Notes: generated from the letters alone by a model not told the origin. A DNA stretch of 63,683 nt, filler included, from Cercozoa sp. M6MM (GCA_040357565.1; 4 parts of 4 records of this genome joined end to end with filler, not necessarily neighbours in it); one strand, 5' to 3'; numbered from the whole stretch's first letter, positions 23,560 through 36,718 are shown. Numbers and translations are program-made.

Positions 23560-26525
23560 ATGCTCCGAAGCGACTTTAATATCGAGCTTTCGAAGCTGCG
23601 CGAGGTGTCGCCGCTGATGTCGCGTCTGATGACTCATCTGGTACTGTAGCAAAACGGATGAATGATTTTGAGGATATTCTGGTGCGGTCAGAGCGACGAA
23701 ATGAGGGCGATGAAACGCGAAAACGAAAGCTTGCGGCGCGAGGTGTCACGACTGACTCGCATGTTTAACGTATCGTTGGCAGTCGGCAAGGGCAGCACGC
23801 TGACTGACCTGACCAACACGTCGCCTGGCGCAGCTGCCTCGACAATGTCGGCCATTCAGATGCGCACGATTCCGCACCGGCACCAACAGCGAACGTTGCT
23901 GCACGCACTGGCACGCGAAGGAGCGAGGAGTGGCAGCAGTAGCCACCACGGCAACCACAGCCACGGCAACCACAACATCGCCGATGACATCACTTCCGCC
24001 ACTGTGTCCAACGTGTACACCCTGCCTTGCCACCTTGCCCCCTTGCCTCCCTTGCCCCCTTGCCTCCCTTGCCCCCTTGCCTTCCTTCCCACCTTGCCTT
24101 CTTCGCTTTGCTTTTGCTGATGCGTGTGCTGCCGACAGGAGCTGCATCGCACACGAGTCCATCGTGCCTGACTCGGTGATCATGGAGCAGGTGCCTTCGG
24201 ATCAGCCGGACGATGCTGACGAGCCTGTATGCACTTTGTTCCTTTAACTTCCTTTCCTTTAACCCTCGCCCCTTGAAACTGTCCGTGCAGACGTTTCCGT
24301 CAATGTCGCCAATCGTGCGAAAGAAGAAAGCTGTACGCGACAGGTTGCAGCTCCTGCGAGACACAAACAACAGAAACAACAACAGTGATCGCGTAGCTTT
24401 GTGTTTCTATGCAGATAGAGTATGTTGAGCATCTACAATGGGCTGTGTGTTCGTAGATTCGGCCGACGCCGGGCTTTTCACAGTTGCCGCCGGTCGAGCC
24501 GAATTTCGATCTCTCTCGTGCCAACGAGTACACCGAGCTTTTACCCACCACCCGCCCTTCTCTGTGATCCCCTGTCACCCCCTGTCACCCCCTGTCACCC
24601 CCCTATGTGCCCAGGGACGAGGTGATCCAATCGTCACTTTCGCAGTCGCAGCAAGGCCGCGTGGATTTGGACATGTGCGTGGACGTGCAGCTGCCGACGC
24701 AGTCGCAGCGACCGGCGGTTTCAGGCGACCCAAACCAGGACACGACGGTACTACCTTTTACCCTGTCTCTCTGCCTATCTATCTGGTGTTATCGAGGTGT
24801 GTATATGCACACATTTTATATATGTATATATATGTGAGTGTGCGTAGGAACTGTGTATCGAGGAGGACTCCGAGTCGAGTCTCTGTCTCGGCAACGACGA
24901 ACTCTCGCAGCGTGCCACGAAACGACGAAGAGTCGAGGCACTCTCGTAAGTGTTCCTTTGAATAGAGGGGGGAGGGTGTAATTAAGGGTAGGGGTAGGGG
25001 GTAAGGATGATGTGTACAGACAAGGCAACAGTCTGCCGATAGGCACACAACTGCGTACAGCACTCGCACTTGACCAGGAGATTCAAGAGTAACCCCCGCC
25101 TTACCTCTACCATACCCACCTACCCTACCCTACCTCTACCTACCCTACCTCTACCAACCCTACCCTACCTACCCTGCCTGTATTCCTACCTGCCAACCCG
25201 TTTGACCCGTGCCAGCAGAATCCAGAACAAGTCGACGAACTCACCAGCGCGAGCAGCGAAAAACTCTGCTGACTCGGTGTGTGACTCAACACTGACTCTT
25301 ACTCCTTTTACTCCCTTCACTCTACCCCTTCCCTGGACAGGAGGACAAAGAGCTGCTGCAGGATATGCAACTGCTGTTCGAAGAGGCGCGTGGACTCACT
25401 CGACAAAGTACCCGCCCCTCTTTTCTGTGCTTTGTATTTATACCCCCCTCCCTGGTTAGACAAGAATGCTGTGCCACTGTGGACTAAGGCTGTTCAGGTA
25501 GCACTACCCCTCCCCCACCTTTGCCCTACCTCTTTACCCCTAACTCCCCGATGACAGCTGGCCGAGCAAGCGCGTGTGCCGGAGAGGAGTGACATGCCGC
25601 TATCGCGCGAGTACCTCGTGCGTGTGTACCACTGTCTCGGCGTCGCTGCCGGCCGTGCCTCGGTGCAGTCTTCCCCCTTACCCCTCTTTACCCCCTTACC
25701 CCTCTTTACCCCCTATCCCTTTCCCCTTTACCCCCTCGTGATTTCAGCCCATGGACTTGGCCAGTATGCGCAAGTATGCGCAAAAAGCACTCGCTCTCAG
25801 CAGCACCAGTCGGTACTTTTTTTTTAATCAGTACATGTAACCCTTTTAACTGCTACATACCCCCTAATTACAATGTGTGACCTCCCATATTGCAATGTGT
25901 GACCCCCTTACTTACTACACTAAAATACGACATGTGACCCCTTTTAATGTTATGTGTAACAGGCGCGTGCTGGAACTCAACTCGCACCTGGCACGCGCCG
26001 AGTGCGACTGGCCGCGAGCGGTGCACTTCATGCGACTCGTCGTGTGCGCGCTGGTAGGCTTCTACTCTTTACCTCTACCCTATCCTTCTCCTACCCCCCT
26101 GTACCCCATACCCCCCCCCCCCACAGGAGAAGTCAGAAGACACCGCTGCTCTGGCCAAGGCGCGTGTGAAGCTGCGGCAACTCGAGGACGAAGAGCGCAG
26201 GAAGGTGCGCGTCGCCGTCAAAAACAACAACCAAAACAACAACAACAACAGCAGCAGTAACAATAGAAACAACCAAAACAACAACCGAAACAACAACAAC
26301 CGAAACAACAATGATGTTGGGAACGACAGCGGGCACGTCGACGACAGCATGCACGACGACAGCGACGACATGCCGGCTCTGGAGCCGGAGACTGCGCCTG
26401 TCGGTTCAAGCGACGCCGCCGACGGTGCGCCGACGTCAACCGGAAACCCACCGCACCCAGAGTCGATGCTCCTTGAACTCGGCAATGAGGATCATGACTC
26501 GGAATTCGAGGAGATCTTGGGCTAA
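23560..26525 (+). CDS. Hypothetical protein: N-terminal coiled coil, disordered middle, helical (TPR-like) C-terminal region, Asn-rich tail
   Basis: MLRSDFNIELSKLRE.../SDEMRAMKRENESLRREV; helical exons AVPLWTKAVQ, YLVRVYHCLGVA, KYAQKALAL; TAA at 26523-26525. Confidence 0.55.
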
Positions 26526-26816
26526 AACATGACATAACTGACTCTGGACTGATTAAATTGACTGCTAAATAACATCCACGGCCTCCAATGCCGTTCAAAG
26601 TACGGTTTCTTTAATTTTATGTTGTACTGGGGAGGGACAGCGCTCCTGCTCCAGAACCGATGAGATTGGCCGGCTCACGAACCATAGAGCACTCTCAGCG
26701 CGTGATACGGGAGCCAATTTGTGATTTTAACTGCGGGTGCGTTGTTTAGTACAATTGTAACGGGGGGCTTGCAATTTTGTTCTGAGTGTTGAGTTTTTGA
26801 TCGTCTCTCGGCCAGG

Positions 26817-27898
26817 ATGGGGCCTTCAGGGTGGTCTGTTGGAAGGATGTGTCTTGTGTTGCAGTAGCCCTCGTGCCTCGTTGAATGCAGCCGATGTCGG
26901 TACAGCAGCAGCACGCACTGGGGGGGGTATGTTCATTAAAATATGCGGGTATATGGGTGCAGGTGCCGCCTACTACAGAGCTGTCGCGTAACATGGCCGA
27001 ACAGACCTGGCAGCGTCTTCAACGCGGACTCAGTGGCGTCCAACTGGGCCGAGCCTCGGACATTTCGTACGCCGACCTGTACCAGAACGCCTACACACTC
27101 GTGCTGCACAAGCGCGGCGCAAAGCTCTACAATGTATGTCTCTTATCAGAGGGGTATGGGGGTAAGGGGGGCAAAGGAAGGGGCTAAAAGGAGGTACGAG
27201 GGGTAAAGAGGGGGATACATGTGCGCAGGGAGTGTCGAAAGTGATCCAGCAACGTCTGGAATCGGTGCACGCGAATCTGCGCGTCGCCGAACAGACCGAG
27301 GTATTGTTTATCCCCCCTTACCCCCCCCCCACCTTTACCCCCTCCCCGGGTTGGCAGGAGGTGCTGCCGTCGGTGCTGCGCGAGTGGCGACTGCACCAAG
27401 AGATCATGCGCAACATAAGCGACGTGCTGCTGTACATGGACAGCAAGTACTGCCGCATGCAAAACAAGCCTGTGTCGCGCGACATGTCCTACATGCATTT
27501 CGGAGAATATGTACACTGCTTGTCCCCTTCTTACCCCCTACCTTCCTCCTGTTACCTCTACCCCTACCCTTATTCCCCAGGTACTGAAACCGCGATACGG
27601 ACAGCTGCGGGACGAGTTGCTGCGGCGACTGCGGCAGGAGCGGCAGGGCGAGCGACTGGAGGACGCGCTGCAGATTAAGGATGCCTTGCAGATGCTCGTC
27701 GAGGTCGAACTCGGCTCGTTTCGCCGCTATGATGTGCTTTACCCCCCCCCCTTACCCCTGCCCATTTACCCCCCTCTTTAACCTCGTGTTTACCCTATTT
27801 ACTCTATATAAATTCCTCCCTTAGATGCACTTTGAAACGCCGTTTCTCGAAGAGACGCGAAACTTCTTTTGCGCGCGTGCTGAGGTGCCACCGGAGTT
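26817..27898 (+). CDS. Cullin (CUL3-like) N-terminal region, truncated by contig end; start approximate
   Basis: TWQRLQRG...ISYADLYQNAYTLVLHKRGAKLYN...EWRLHQEIMRNISDVLLYMDSKY...ERQGE...FETPFLEETRNFF. Confidence 0.85.
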
Positions 27899-27998
27899 NN
27901 NNNNNNNNNNNNNNNNNNNNNNNNNNNNNNNNNNNNNNNNNNTTAATTAATTAANNNNNNNNNNNNNNNNNNNNNNNNNNNNNNNNNNNNNNNNNNNN
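27899..27998. other. Artificial contig linker N44-TTAATTAATTAA-N44
   Basis: Six-frame stop linker between N runs; the same construct occurs three times. Confidence 0.97.
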
Positions 27999-28049
27999 GG
28001 GGGGGGGGGGGGTAGATAAGGTAGAGGTACTAAGGTCGTCCAAGAGATA

Positions 28050-28510
28050 CCTCATCGACGTCATCGACGGTGTCGTTGCTGACAGTGATGTCGAGGTCCT
28101 CCTCGTCCTTGACCTCCTCGGCGAAACGAACGCGTTTCTTGGGTCTCTCCTGTTCCTCCGCGCGGACGGCTTGCTTTGACTGTTGCGAGCGTTTCTTCAG
28201 CACCTGGTCTTTTGAATTCTGACTCGGCTGCTGTGGCTGCTGCGTCGGCTCTTCCCACCGTCGCTTGGCGTGCTCGGCACGCGAGCGTTTCTTGCCTGAA
28301 CGCACGCGCAGTGAGAAACGCGGCACAATCACAATTGCTGGCCACAGAAAGGGTACCAGCTCGCTTCGCTTTTCGTGCGGCCTTGCGCGCAGCGATCGGA
28401 TTGAGGCGCTTCCGGCCAACACGAGCTGATTTGAGCAAAACAATCTCGCGGCACTGATGTTGGAAGCATTGTAGCCAGTCACTTACTGAATTTCGTGCCT
28501 TTAGAGACAT
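28050..28510 (-). CDS. 5' part of a basic protein with a PP1-docking RVxF motif (weakly WBP11-like); truncated by contig end
   Basis: GRKRLNPIAARKAARKAKRAGKKRSR...KKRVRFAEE, then an acidic stretch. Confidence 0.4.
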
Positions 28511-28670
28511 CGGTGCCACCACGTACACCCATCCTTACGCGTGTGCACACAATCGCTTGTCCCAAGAATAACAAAGTAAGCGGTGGAATGACGACAGAGA
28601 GCGCTGAGTGGCGAAAAATTAAAACATTTAACTAAAGCAAGTCAGGGAGCTAGGGGAGCGCGATCTTCTG

Positions 28671-30540
28671 CTAAACAAGATCGGCATGTGTGTTAACTTC
28701 TACAGCGCTGTTGTTGTTGCGATCGTCGTCAGTGTTGGCATCATTGTCGCCATCATTGATGTCGCGACGGCATAGCGGGCACGTGCTGCGTATCCGCAGC
28801 CAGTTGTCGCAGCACGCCGCGTGGAACTCGTGCTCGCACGGCAGCACGCGTACCTGAACGAATACGGAAACGCAATCCCCATACCCAATACACAGGGCAG
28901 ATAGACTGCACCTCATCGCCAACAGAGAAGCCAGACAGACAGACACTGCAGGCCTGGCCCTGGGGTTCCTGAGACATACATGGTTGGGTCAGTAGTTTAA
29001 GACACTGGCTACAGCAGCACTGTACCTCGTCATCCTCGGCGTCCTCTTCGGTGGCAATGTCGCCTTCGCGATCACTGTGGAGTACACATACAGTATACGT
29101 AAGTTACAAGTCAGTGCACAAGGGCAGGGGCAGGGGCAGGGCAGGGCAGGGCCAGGGGCCTACTGTACCCAAAGGTACGAGACTCGAGCTGCTCGATGGA
29201 GCGTTCGGTGGCGCCTTGGTCCTGATCGGCCGCCGGGTCCCGACCGGCCAGGTGCCTCTGTGTTGTGGTCACAGTGTATCAATAGGGGGGGGGGCCCCCC
29301 CCAAGAAGTCACATGGACCATATGGGGCCTACCAAAATAAGCAGCAGACACGGCGCACACAAACACAGTCCTGTATTCGTAGAAGGGATAAACTGGTGGG
29401 TAAAAAGATAAAGAGGGAGGGGGGGGGGGTAAAAGAGAGAAAGGTAGACAACAAGGAACCTAGCAGTATTACGGCCGGCAGCAATGTTTCGAGGTACACC
29501 AGCATGATCAGAGCGATCGTCCAATAGAACTGTGGGACGGGGGTTAGGGGTAAAGGAGGGGTAGGGGGATAAAGAAGGGGTTGGGTCAAGAAGGGGGGAA
29601 GAGGCAAGGGAGGCAGAAGGTGGAAACAGCACCATGAGTGGCGCATCGACGTCGCAGGTGTTCTCACCCGTGAACAGCACGAGGTTGCCCAGCACAAAGA
29701 ACACCATGTAGACCAACTCGTGTCTGCGTGTACAGGTATCACAACAGGGCGAGGGGGTCAGTAGGTGTAACAAGCAAAAGTGGCTGACAAGAGGGCGAGC
29801 GAGAAACTACATGATCAGAGTCTTGTGCACAGCGAACGACGGTTGCCGCCGCCGCGCGCACAGGTACCGCAACGTCACCAACGGCATGTGGAACAGAAAC
29901 AGACACGCGTAAACCACGAGCCTGTCCAGTACACAGCCCAGTACACAATCCAGTCCAGTCCAATCCAGTCCCAGTCCCAGTCCCAGTCCCAGGTTTAACA
30001 ACTAAGGATACCAAACACGCATCAGCGGGAAGCACTCGCCCGACTTTGACCAGTCCTACCAAAGTACCATGTGGGATATAATTGACAAGGGTGGGTAGGG
30101 TAGTCGTCTACCAGAACAAGAACGATGCAGCTGCCAATGGTGGCCGCAAGCGACACCAGAAGCGTCAGTGCCAGCAGTCTCCCACTACGCATACCACAAC
30201 TATTTGTATATACATATATATTATCATATATATATATAAGTATAAATAACGAGCTACCTGGCATAGCGAGTGTCGTTCACGTCATTCGACAGGAGCTGAT
30301 CCACGTTATTGTCCCTGTTGTTGTCGTGGTTGTCGTTGCTGTTGTTGTTGCGGTTGTCGTCGTCCACTTGACGTGGCACGCGGCCGCGTATCCTCTCAGC
30401 CAGCACGGGCGCCTCGAGGATCTCCTGCACACGTGCAAGTGTCACCAGGGCCGCCGATTGAGTAGCCGAAAGCGAGGAACTCTTTTTACCTCTCGTTGCA
30501 GCTCGATCGCCAGAGCCAAGTCATCTTCCACTTGTGACAT
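28671..30540 (-). CDS. Multi-pass transmembrane RING-H2 E3 ubiquitin ligase
   Basis: TM exons (VLVLDWSKSGECFPLMRVWLVVY; VFFVLGNLVLF; CDVDAPL), GATERSIEQL, CSVCLSGF...VRVLPCEHEFHAACCDNWLRIRSTCPLCR. Confidence 0.88.
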
Positions 30541-30834
30541 TTTGATACCAGGCACTCAATCAATCGCGTGCCTTACTCAGCGTCAGCACGGCTGAGTGGT
30601 CTACAGGTCATGCAAAACACCGTGCAGCGACAATCGCGCCCAGAATAACTCTCGAATCTTGAGCCCAGGCAGTGTGAGCCAGAATATATCTTCCACCATA
30701 GCTTGTTCAGTGCGCTCTACGTGTTTGCACAGGCGTGCCTTTTTCTGTGTAGTGTCGTTGGTGCAGTTCACACGAAAGAGCGACTTCTTTTTTCTTCTTT
30801 CAGACTCAGTTAGATCGCCTCAGCACATTTCACG

Positions 30835-31166
30835 ATGGGACCGATCGCACAGGGCACTCTTGTATTCTTCATTCTGGCAGTCGTGCTCGGCTTTGTCAAC
30901 TTCGGCACGACTGCGATCGGCGCGAACAAGCGATTCGGGTAGATTCGACCTGCGCTTTGTATGTGCGTGTGTTTGTGCATGGCTTCTGTCTGGTTGTGTG
31001 CAGTCTCTACTGCGTCATGATCAGCATGGCCGTATTCTCATGCTACATCGTGTGGCTCATGACTTACATGCATCAGATGAATCCAATGGTACAGTGCCAG
31101 CTTTGTGTCCTGTGTATGTTGAATGGATACGCACAGGTTGAACCAATCCGACATATGGAGCACTAG
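30835..31166 (+). CDS. VMA9: V-type ATPase V0 subunit e, 3 exons
   Basis: Small two-TM protein ending SCYIVWLMTYMHQMNPMVEP, matching the subunit e motif C-x-L-x-W...Q-x-NP. Confidence 0.88.
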
Positions 31167-31298
31167 TCGTTGCGTTGGCGCGGCATGCGGAGATTTCATT
31201 GTTCAGTTTGTGCTATCGGCTGCGCTGCCCTTGGCAGTAGTGCCGTGCCGTGCTCGCACGCCGCTCATTCGATTACTAACGCAAAGGACGTCGGCGCA

Positions 31299-31669
31299 GT
31301 CAAGTAGTTTCTACCATACGTACGTATTCGTCGGTTTAGAAACCTTCGTGTTCCAGACTGACTCAGATTATGCAGTCTCCGCGGGGATAAACCCAGACAG
31401 ACCAGTTGGTCTCTTATCATTGAAGCAAAAGAGAAAGAAGAGTTAAGAGTTTGTGGCTCTGCGGTACTACTGCCTATAGAGCTGTGACTAGACCTGTCTG
31501 AAAGCCTGTCCTGTAGATTGAGCCCGCCAGTTGGCATGGTTGGCATCAGCTGGGGTAATTCTTCACTTCGCTTCTTCAAGCAAACTGAATCATTCGATTC
31601 CCTCGCTTCGTCTAATCAACGACTTATTTGTTTTATTTAGGTATCTTCACTGACAACCGTCAGTAACAA
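31299..31669 (+). repeat. Dispersed repeat, copy 2 (intron-containing form)
   Basis: Homologous to 9644-9935; extra GT-AG segments at 31464-31516 and 31555-31640. Confidence 0.8.
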
Positions 31670-31833
31670 TACAGTACACGATTCAGATACTCAGTTCGTC
31701 AGTCAACAGCTCGTGAGTGACTGTTCTGCCTCACGTCGACATGAGATCCAACTTGAAGATTCACGACGGGAGATGTCCAGCGCAGCGCCATTCTCCGTTT
31801 CACTTATCAGAGTGCCTGACCTTTGACAGGTCT

Positions 31834-32505
31834 TTACAAAGCCAAGGTCGTGGCCACCAACGCCGCCAAAAGGATCGAAGCAGACTGCGTCAGCGCCAGC
31901 GCAGAAGACACCTGCACGACGAGCAATAGAAAACACCAACAGGATCCGTATGATATGCGGGCCTGAATGAAGGTACCGGCTCGTCCTTGGCACTGTAGTC
32001 GCTGCAAGAGAGCTCGCACTGGCGGCTCGTCTGTTGAAAAGATGTGATAAAGTATCGGGCTTTCATTCAATACAAATAGTAGTATAGTGTACCTGCAAGC
32101 CCTGCAAGAAAGCAGGGTGGCACTCCTCGCCCTGACAAGACACGCTGAACGACGTGTCTCGGGACTGCAGACCAAACTGCCGCGGTACTTTGGCATCTGC
32201 CAAATCACACCAACATATAGCTAAATATGTATCCGATCATTTAGTGGGTATGTACGTTGGTGTGTACACATACCAGTGTTGCAGCCACAGAGTGCCTCCA
32301 CCGAGATGGCTTCGTTGACAACGGCTTCGTTCAGGAAGGTGTAGTTTCTACGAAGAACATACATTATCGGCACTACGACAAGGATAGGATACTCGAAGGC
32401 TACCCAAAATCAGTGGTCTGCTCGCGCTGTCGCCATTCAGCAGCGGCGCGTTTCAGTGCCGCTTGGTTCGCTCTGTTTAGATACATTATATTTTCTGGTC
32501 TGTGT

Positions 32506-32596
<91 letters not shown>

Positions 32597-34121
32597 AGAA
32601 GCAGAAAGTACTCGCAAGTTCCCCAAGCCTCGGCAGCGACAGTGACACCGCAGTCCACAATGCACTCTCTCTGTACCCAGAAACAACGTGTGTATCCATT
32701 GGCACTGGGGTAGGAGACAGGATCACCTCCGCGAGCGGCATGACCTTTCCGTACGGCACTTTGTCCGTGCAGGACGAAATGCTCTTGTCCTGTGCACGCA
32801 CACAGCTACATGCCATCATGATAATGTCTACGGAGCAAAAGTACAGTGCGAGGGCCGATCTTGCAACCAACAATACGCCACTGGCGTCCCACCTGCATAC
32901 ACACATACGCAAGTGTTCAGTCACCACAGATCTGTGCCAGTGATGTGCAGCAATGTAAGTACAGTGTCGAAGGCGTTGCCAGGTGTGCACGAGTCGCGGC
33001 TGGTGTGGTGGCAGGCCGACCACTCCGACAGCGCCGCCCACTGGAAACATAAAATTAACCAAGGTGCACAGCACAGAGAGAATTCAAGAAAACAACTCAC
33101 ATCCCAGGTCACTTCCGGCGCATTGGCTTTACTGGCAGCCGGGTCGTTCTGTGAAACTTCATATAACTTTATCGTTCTGTGTAATGTAACACACTTACAG
33201 CAATCCAAGTCGAGTTGCGACATTCGCCCTGCGCAAAAAAGTACACATGCTTCATCACAGCGGAGAGAGCTCATGACGCAACAGTACGTCGTAACAGAAG
33301 GTGCCGGCGGTGCTGCTCTCGCCACAAAACCAACCTGTGCACAAGCCAAACTGCGAAAGTACTGTCAAATGTTTGACTGGGGCCCTCACCATCGTCAGGA
33401 CGGGAACCCCAAGTCCACGCTGTTCCGCCAGACGTGCAGCTAGAGAAACACACGAATAGAATGAGCACAACCGAGTTTACATCACAAGGTGCACTGTACA
33501 TTTTGTTGTCGCACCGCGACTGGTGCGACTGCCACATCGAACGCTGTTCCTTTCCTGGGCACATTCGGTACCGGCACACCCTTTCATCTTTAAAAAAAAC
33601 TGATACCTTGAGCCTTACACCACGCATCGGCCGAAATGCATTCGTTGTGCATGCAGTAGCCGTCGTAGGAAGCACCCTCGAAGTCGACGGAGCACTTGGC
33701 ACCGGCCGGCGGAGGCGGACACTGAGCCAACTCGCCAGAGCACCTGTCCCCCAGGTACGGTTGGAGCGCACAGAGTACAGAGAGAGACAGCAGCGTTAAA
33801 CGTACTGTGTTGCCACGCCACACGAGTCGCCGTTCATCTCGAACATGCAAGAGGTTCCTGCCGACTTCAATTGGCACGTCGACGCATCGCAGCAGTCTGC
33901 AAACGTACATTGTTACACGACTTTAAAGCAAAGAGAGGAACCAACATTCAAGTACCGTTTCCAGGAGCAGCAGAGCAGGATTTTGCGCCAAGTGTGCAGT
34001 CGTCGCGGCAGCAAGGGTCCTATTCGCGTATTCACACCATACAGACACGGTCGTATACTCAGTAGTGGAGATGTTACGAGCAGCTTGTCGCATTGCTCCC
34101 ATGCCTGTTTACCAAACTTAC

Positions 34122-34181
<60 letters not shown>

Positions 34182-36718
34182 ACCTGCACGATGCCATCAC
34201 CGCATTTTGAACGCCGCAGGATGATGTCGCTTTCGGCGCTACGGAGGTAGTTCTGCCCGCTACTCACAGCACCCTTGACCAGTGTTGACTGAGATATTTG
34301 GGAGGCGAACGCACTTCATCACGCACGTGAAGCCTCCCGCACGGATGCGATCCTCGAATGCCTTGATGGAGCAGTTGCTGCAAATGCATAAATGCGATTC
34401 TTTACCGATATCAGTTTCAGATTCAGACACACGAGTAAGTGAAGCTGTCGCCAAGACCACTGCCTCCTCCCATGGGACTACAGTACGCAACCATATAGAC
34501 ATACGATGCTAAAGCTTTATATATATACATATCCTAAGATATCATTATACCCTCTCTCACAAGGCTTGCCGTCAATATCGCTCGGAGTGTGAGGCATGTT
34601 CATGCCATGTCCGACTTCATGCACGACGGTGGCAACATTGGAACCATAGCCCTGCATCCCAGTAAAACCGCAACATCGAAATGCAGAACAGATTGCAGGA
34701 ATGCAAAAACAACAGCAGTACCGAACGGTAGTCCATGTTGATCGACGCCGCAGAGCTGCCGCACAAGGTGCCTGTATCAAAGATACTCCAGTACATCATT
34801 ACATAAATTTACTATCCCGAAACATGTGGTTTCAAACCGACATAGGCGAGGCCGATAACGCTGCCTGCAAAATTCTCGCCCGACATCAGAGCCACGTGAT
34901 CCGAGTAAACCATGTCGCCTATGTTCAAGTCGCACATAGAACACAAAGATGGACACCTAACACAACAGAAGACGATGGTGTACTGTTGGGAATAGAACGC
35001 GACCCGGGAATAATACGCACTGAGCGTGCCCAGGTGCGAAACGAACCTACAACAGCGGAGTATGGTGCAACACAACAATGTGCAGCTACAGCAAGCGTAC
35101 TGAGAAGAGGTCCGTGGTTGATTTCGCCGTTGCCATTTCCTGCGTCCTCGTGAACGATGACATCGGGATCGCCGTTCGACCACGCAGTGTGGCCACGCAG
35201 TACGTACCTGGAACAGGCACGATAAGGAAGTAACGACAGCATGGTATGCGAATAGGCATACGTGACTGGCGAGATCGTCCATTCCGAAAGCACCGAGCGG
35301 TGGTTCGCCTCGAGCACAGTGTTGAACACACTGCGCAGCGCTAGCTCCTGCAACAGCGAAGGTATTCACCTCAGACTGTACAAACAACAACACGCGCAAA
35401 CTGAGATACCTCAGAGGTGGTGCCAAGTTCTTTGGCTTGGAGCTTGAGGTTATCAAGTCGCTTCTTGTCGGTCACAAACCACAGCTAAATGTCCAAGAAC
35501 AACCATCATACAGGTTTTCTCTTCATCGGAAGTGCTAAACTGATGCATGACGAGTGTCACCTTGATGAAGAAACCCTCGGGGTTGCTGAGAGACACTGAA
35601 GCGTTGTTTTGCTGCAGCAGCTCCATCATTGGTGGCTCGTCTTCGTCTTCGTCCACTACAGCACAAGGAGGCACCATGAGTGGCACAAATATCAAATATA
35701 ACTAACGGAAAGGATAAAGTCACGGTCAAAGTGCTGTGCTGACTGAGCACTGACGTACTCTACTTGCTTCAGCACTGGGTTCTGTTCAGTTTCAGACCCA
35801 ATCGAGCAGCAAAGCACATGCACGAGAAGTCACAGAAAGCAAATAAAAGATGCACCTTGCGAGCCGAAGCCTCCGCTTGCTCAGCATCGATGTTGCCGCG
35901 GTGCACCTGGTAGTGCTCGTTGCCGAATGTCACTTGCACCTTCACCGCCTCTGCTAGCAATACAATACATATAAATGATTAAACAGGAAACACGCTTGTT
36001 AGAGAAACAAACACACCGTCGTCGTGTGGGCACACGTGCACCGAGGCGTATCCCTTGCCCTTGTTCGGGTGCACGGCTTCTGCAGTACACCGTTCGGACA
36101 CAATGCAATGTGGCAAGGTTGGTCAGTAGGGCGTACCTCCCTGCCACAGGCACTGCTGCATGCGCTTGATCAGCTCGCTGTCGCGGTAGTGTTGCTCACG
36201 TTCCAACTCTTCGTGCACAAACAACGGGTGCACCAGCTACCAGATTGAACACGTATCAGATTAATTGACCCTCGGATATCAAAAAGGCAAGAAGTACGTT
36301 TGCAGCATTGCGCAAGCGAAGTTCAACGTCAAACCCGTCAGCGTCAATCTTCATCAAGGCGACTTGGTGAAGCTCGCCGTCATGGTCCTGCCAAACCGAT
36401 ATTTAAACCTCACTTAATGAGTGCGATATTTAAACCTGAAGGAGCGACGCGCCGTGGAACTTAGTGCCGAATTGCACTTGCATTTGCACCTTCTCGGTGC
36501 TGCAAAGCACGCAGACATACCGGTCTAATACTCAACTGGCAAGAGAAGGCTAACTCACCTCCATAACTCTGTATGCGCGGGACCCTCTTCAGATAGTTGA
36601 GCGACTCGCTGTACGACACAGGGACTATGACACCCGATGAGTCTGTTGTATGAGAAGATGTTTTTACCAAAGCACTCGCAGAGGTCGCTGCCGCCAGCAA
36701 ACCCGCCAGCAGCCGCAT
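31834..36718 (-). CDS. Secreted, probably GPI-anchored metzincin (reprolysin/M12B-like) metalloprotease with Cys-rich C-terminal domains
   Basis: Signal peptide MRLLAGLLAAATSASA; GSVIGLAYVG/TLC; zinc motif VVHEVGHGMNMPH; hydrophobic C-terminus SASILLAALVATTLAL-stop. Confidence 0.75.
32501..32593 (+). repeat. (TG)n microsatellite in an intron; similar CA/TG, TA, GA and GATA tracts near 3250, 8845, 12235, 34125, 56680, 61160, 62240 and 63640
   Basis: Directly visible. Confidence 0.95.

Noticed and set aside
23242-23652. Minus-strand 136-aa ORF suggesting overlap of the PPPDE gene with the plus-strand gene
   Set aside because: 23560-23640 is better explained as exon 1 of the plus-strand gene, which splices in frame to SDEMRAMK
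29922-30011. U12-type donor match GTATCCTT (and GTATCCTG in PEPCK intron 4)
   Set aside because: No TCCTTAAC branch point near the acceptor; a chance match is expected given the GTAY donor bias
31265-31579. Minus-strand 104-aa ORF across repeat copy 2
   Set aside because: Copy 1 breaks this frame at the 53-nt indel, the substitutions are non-synonymous, and the splice signals point to the plus strand
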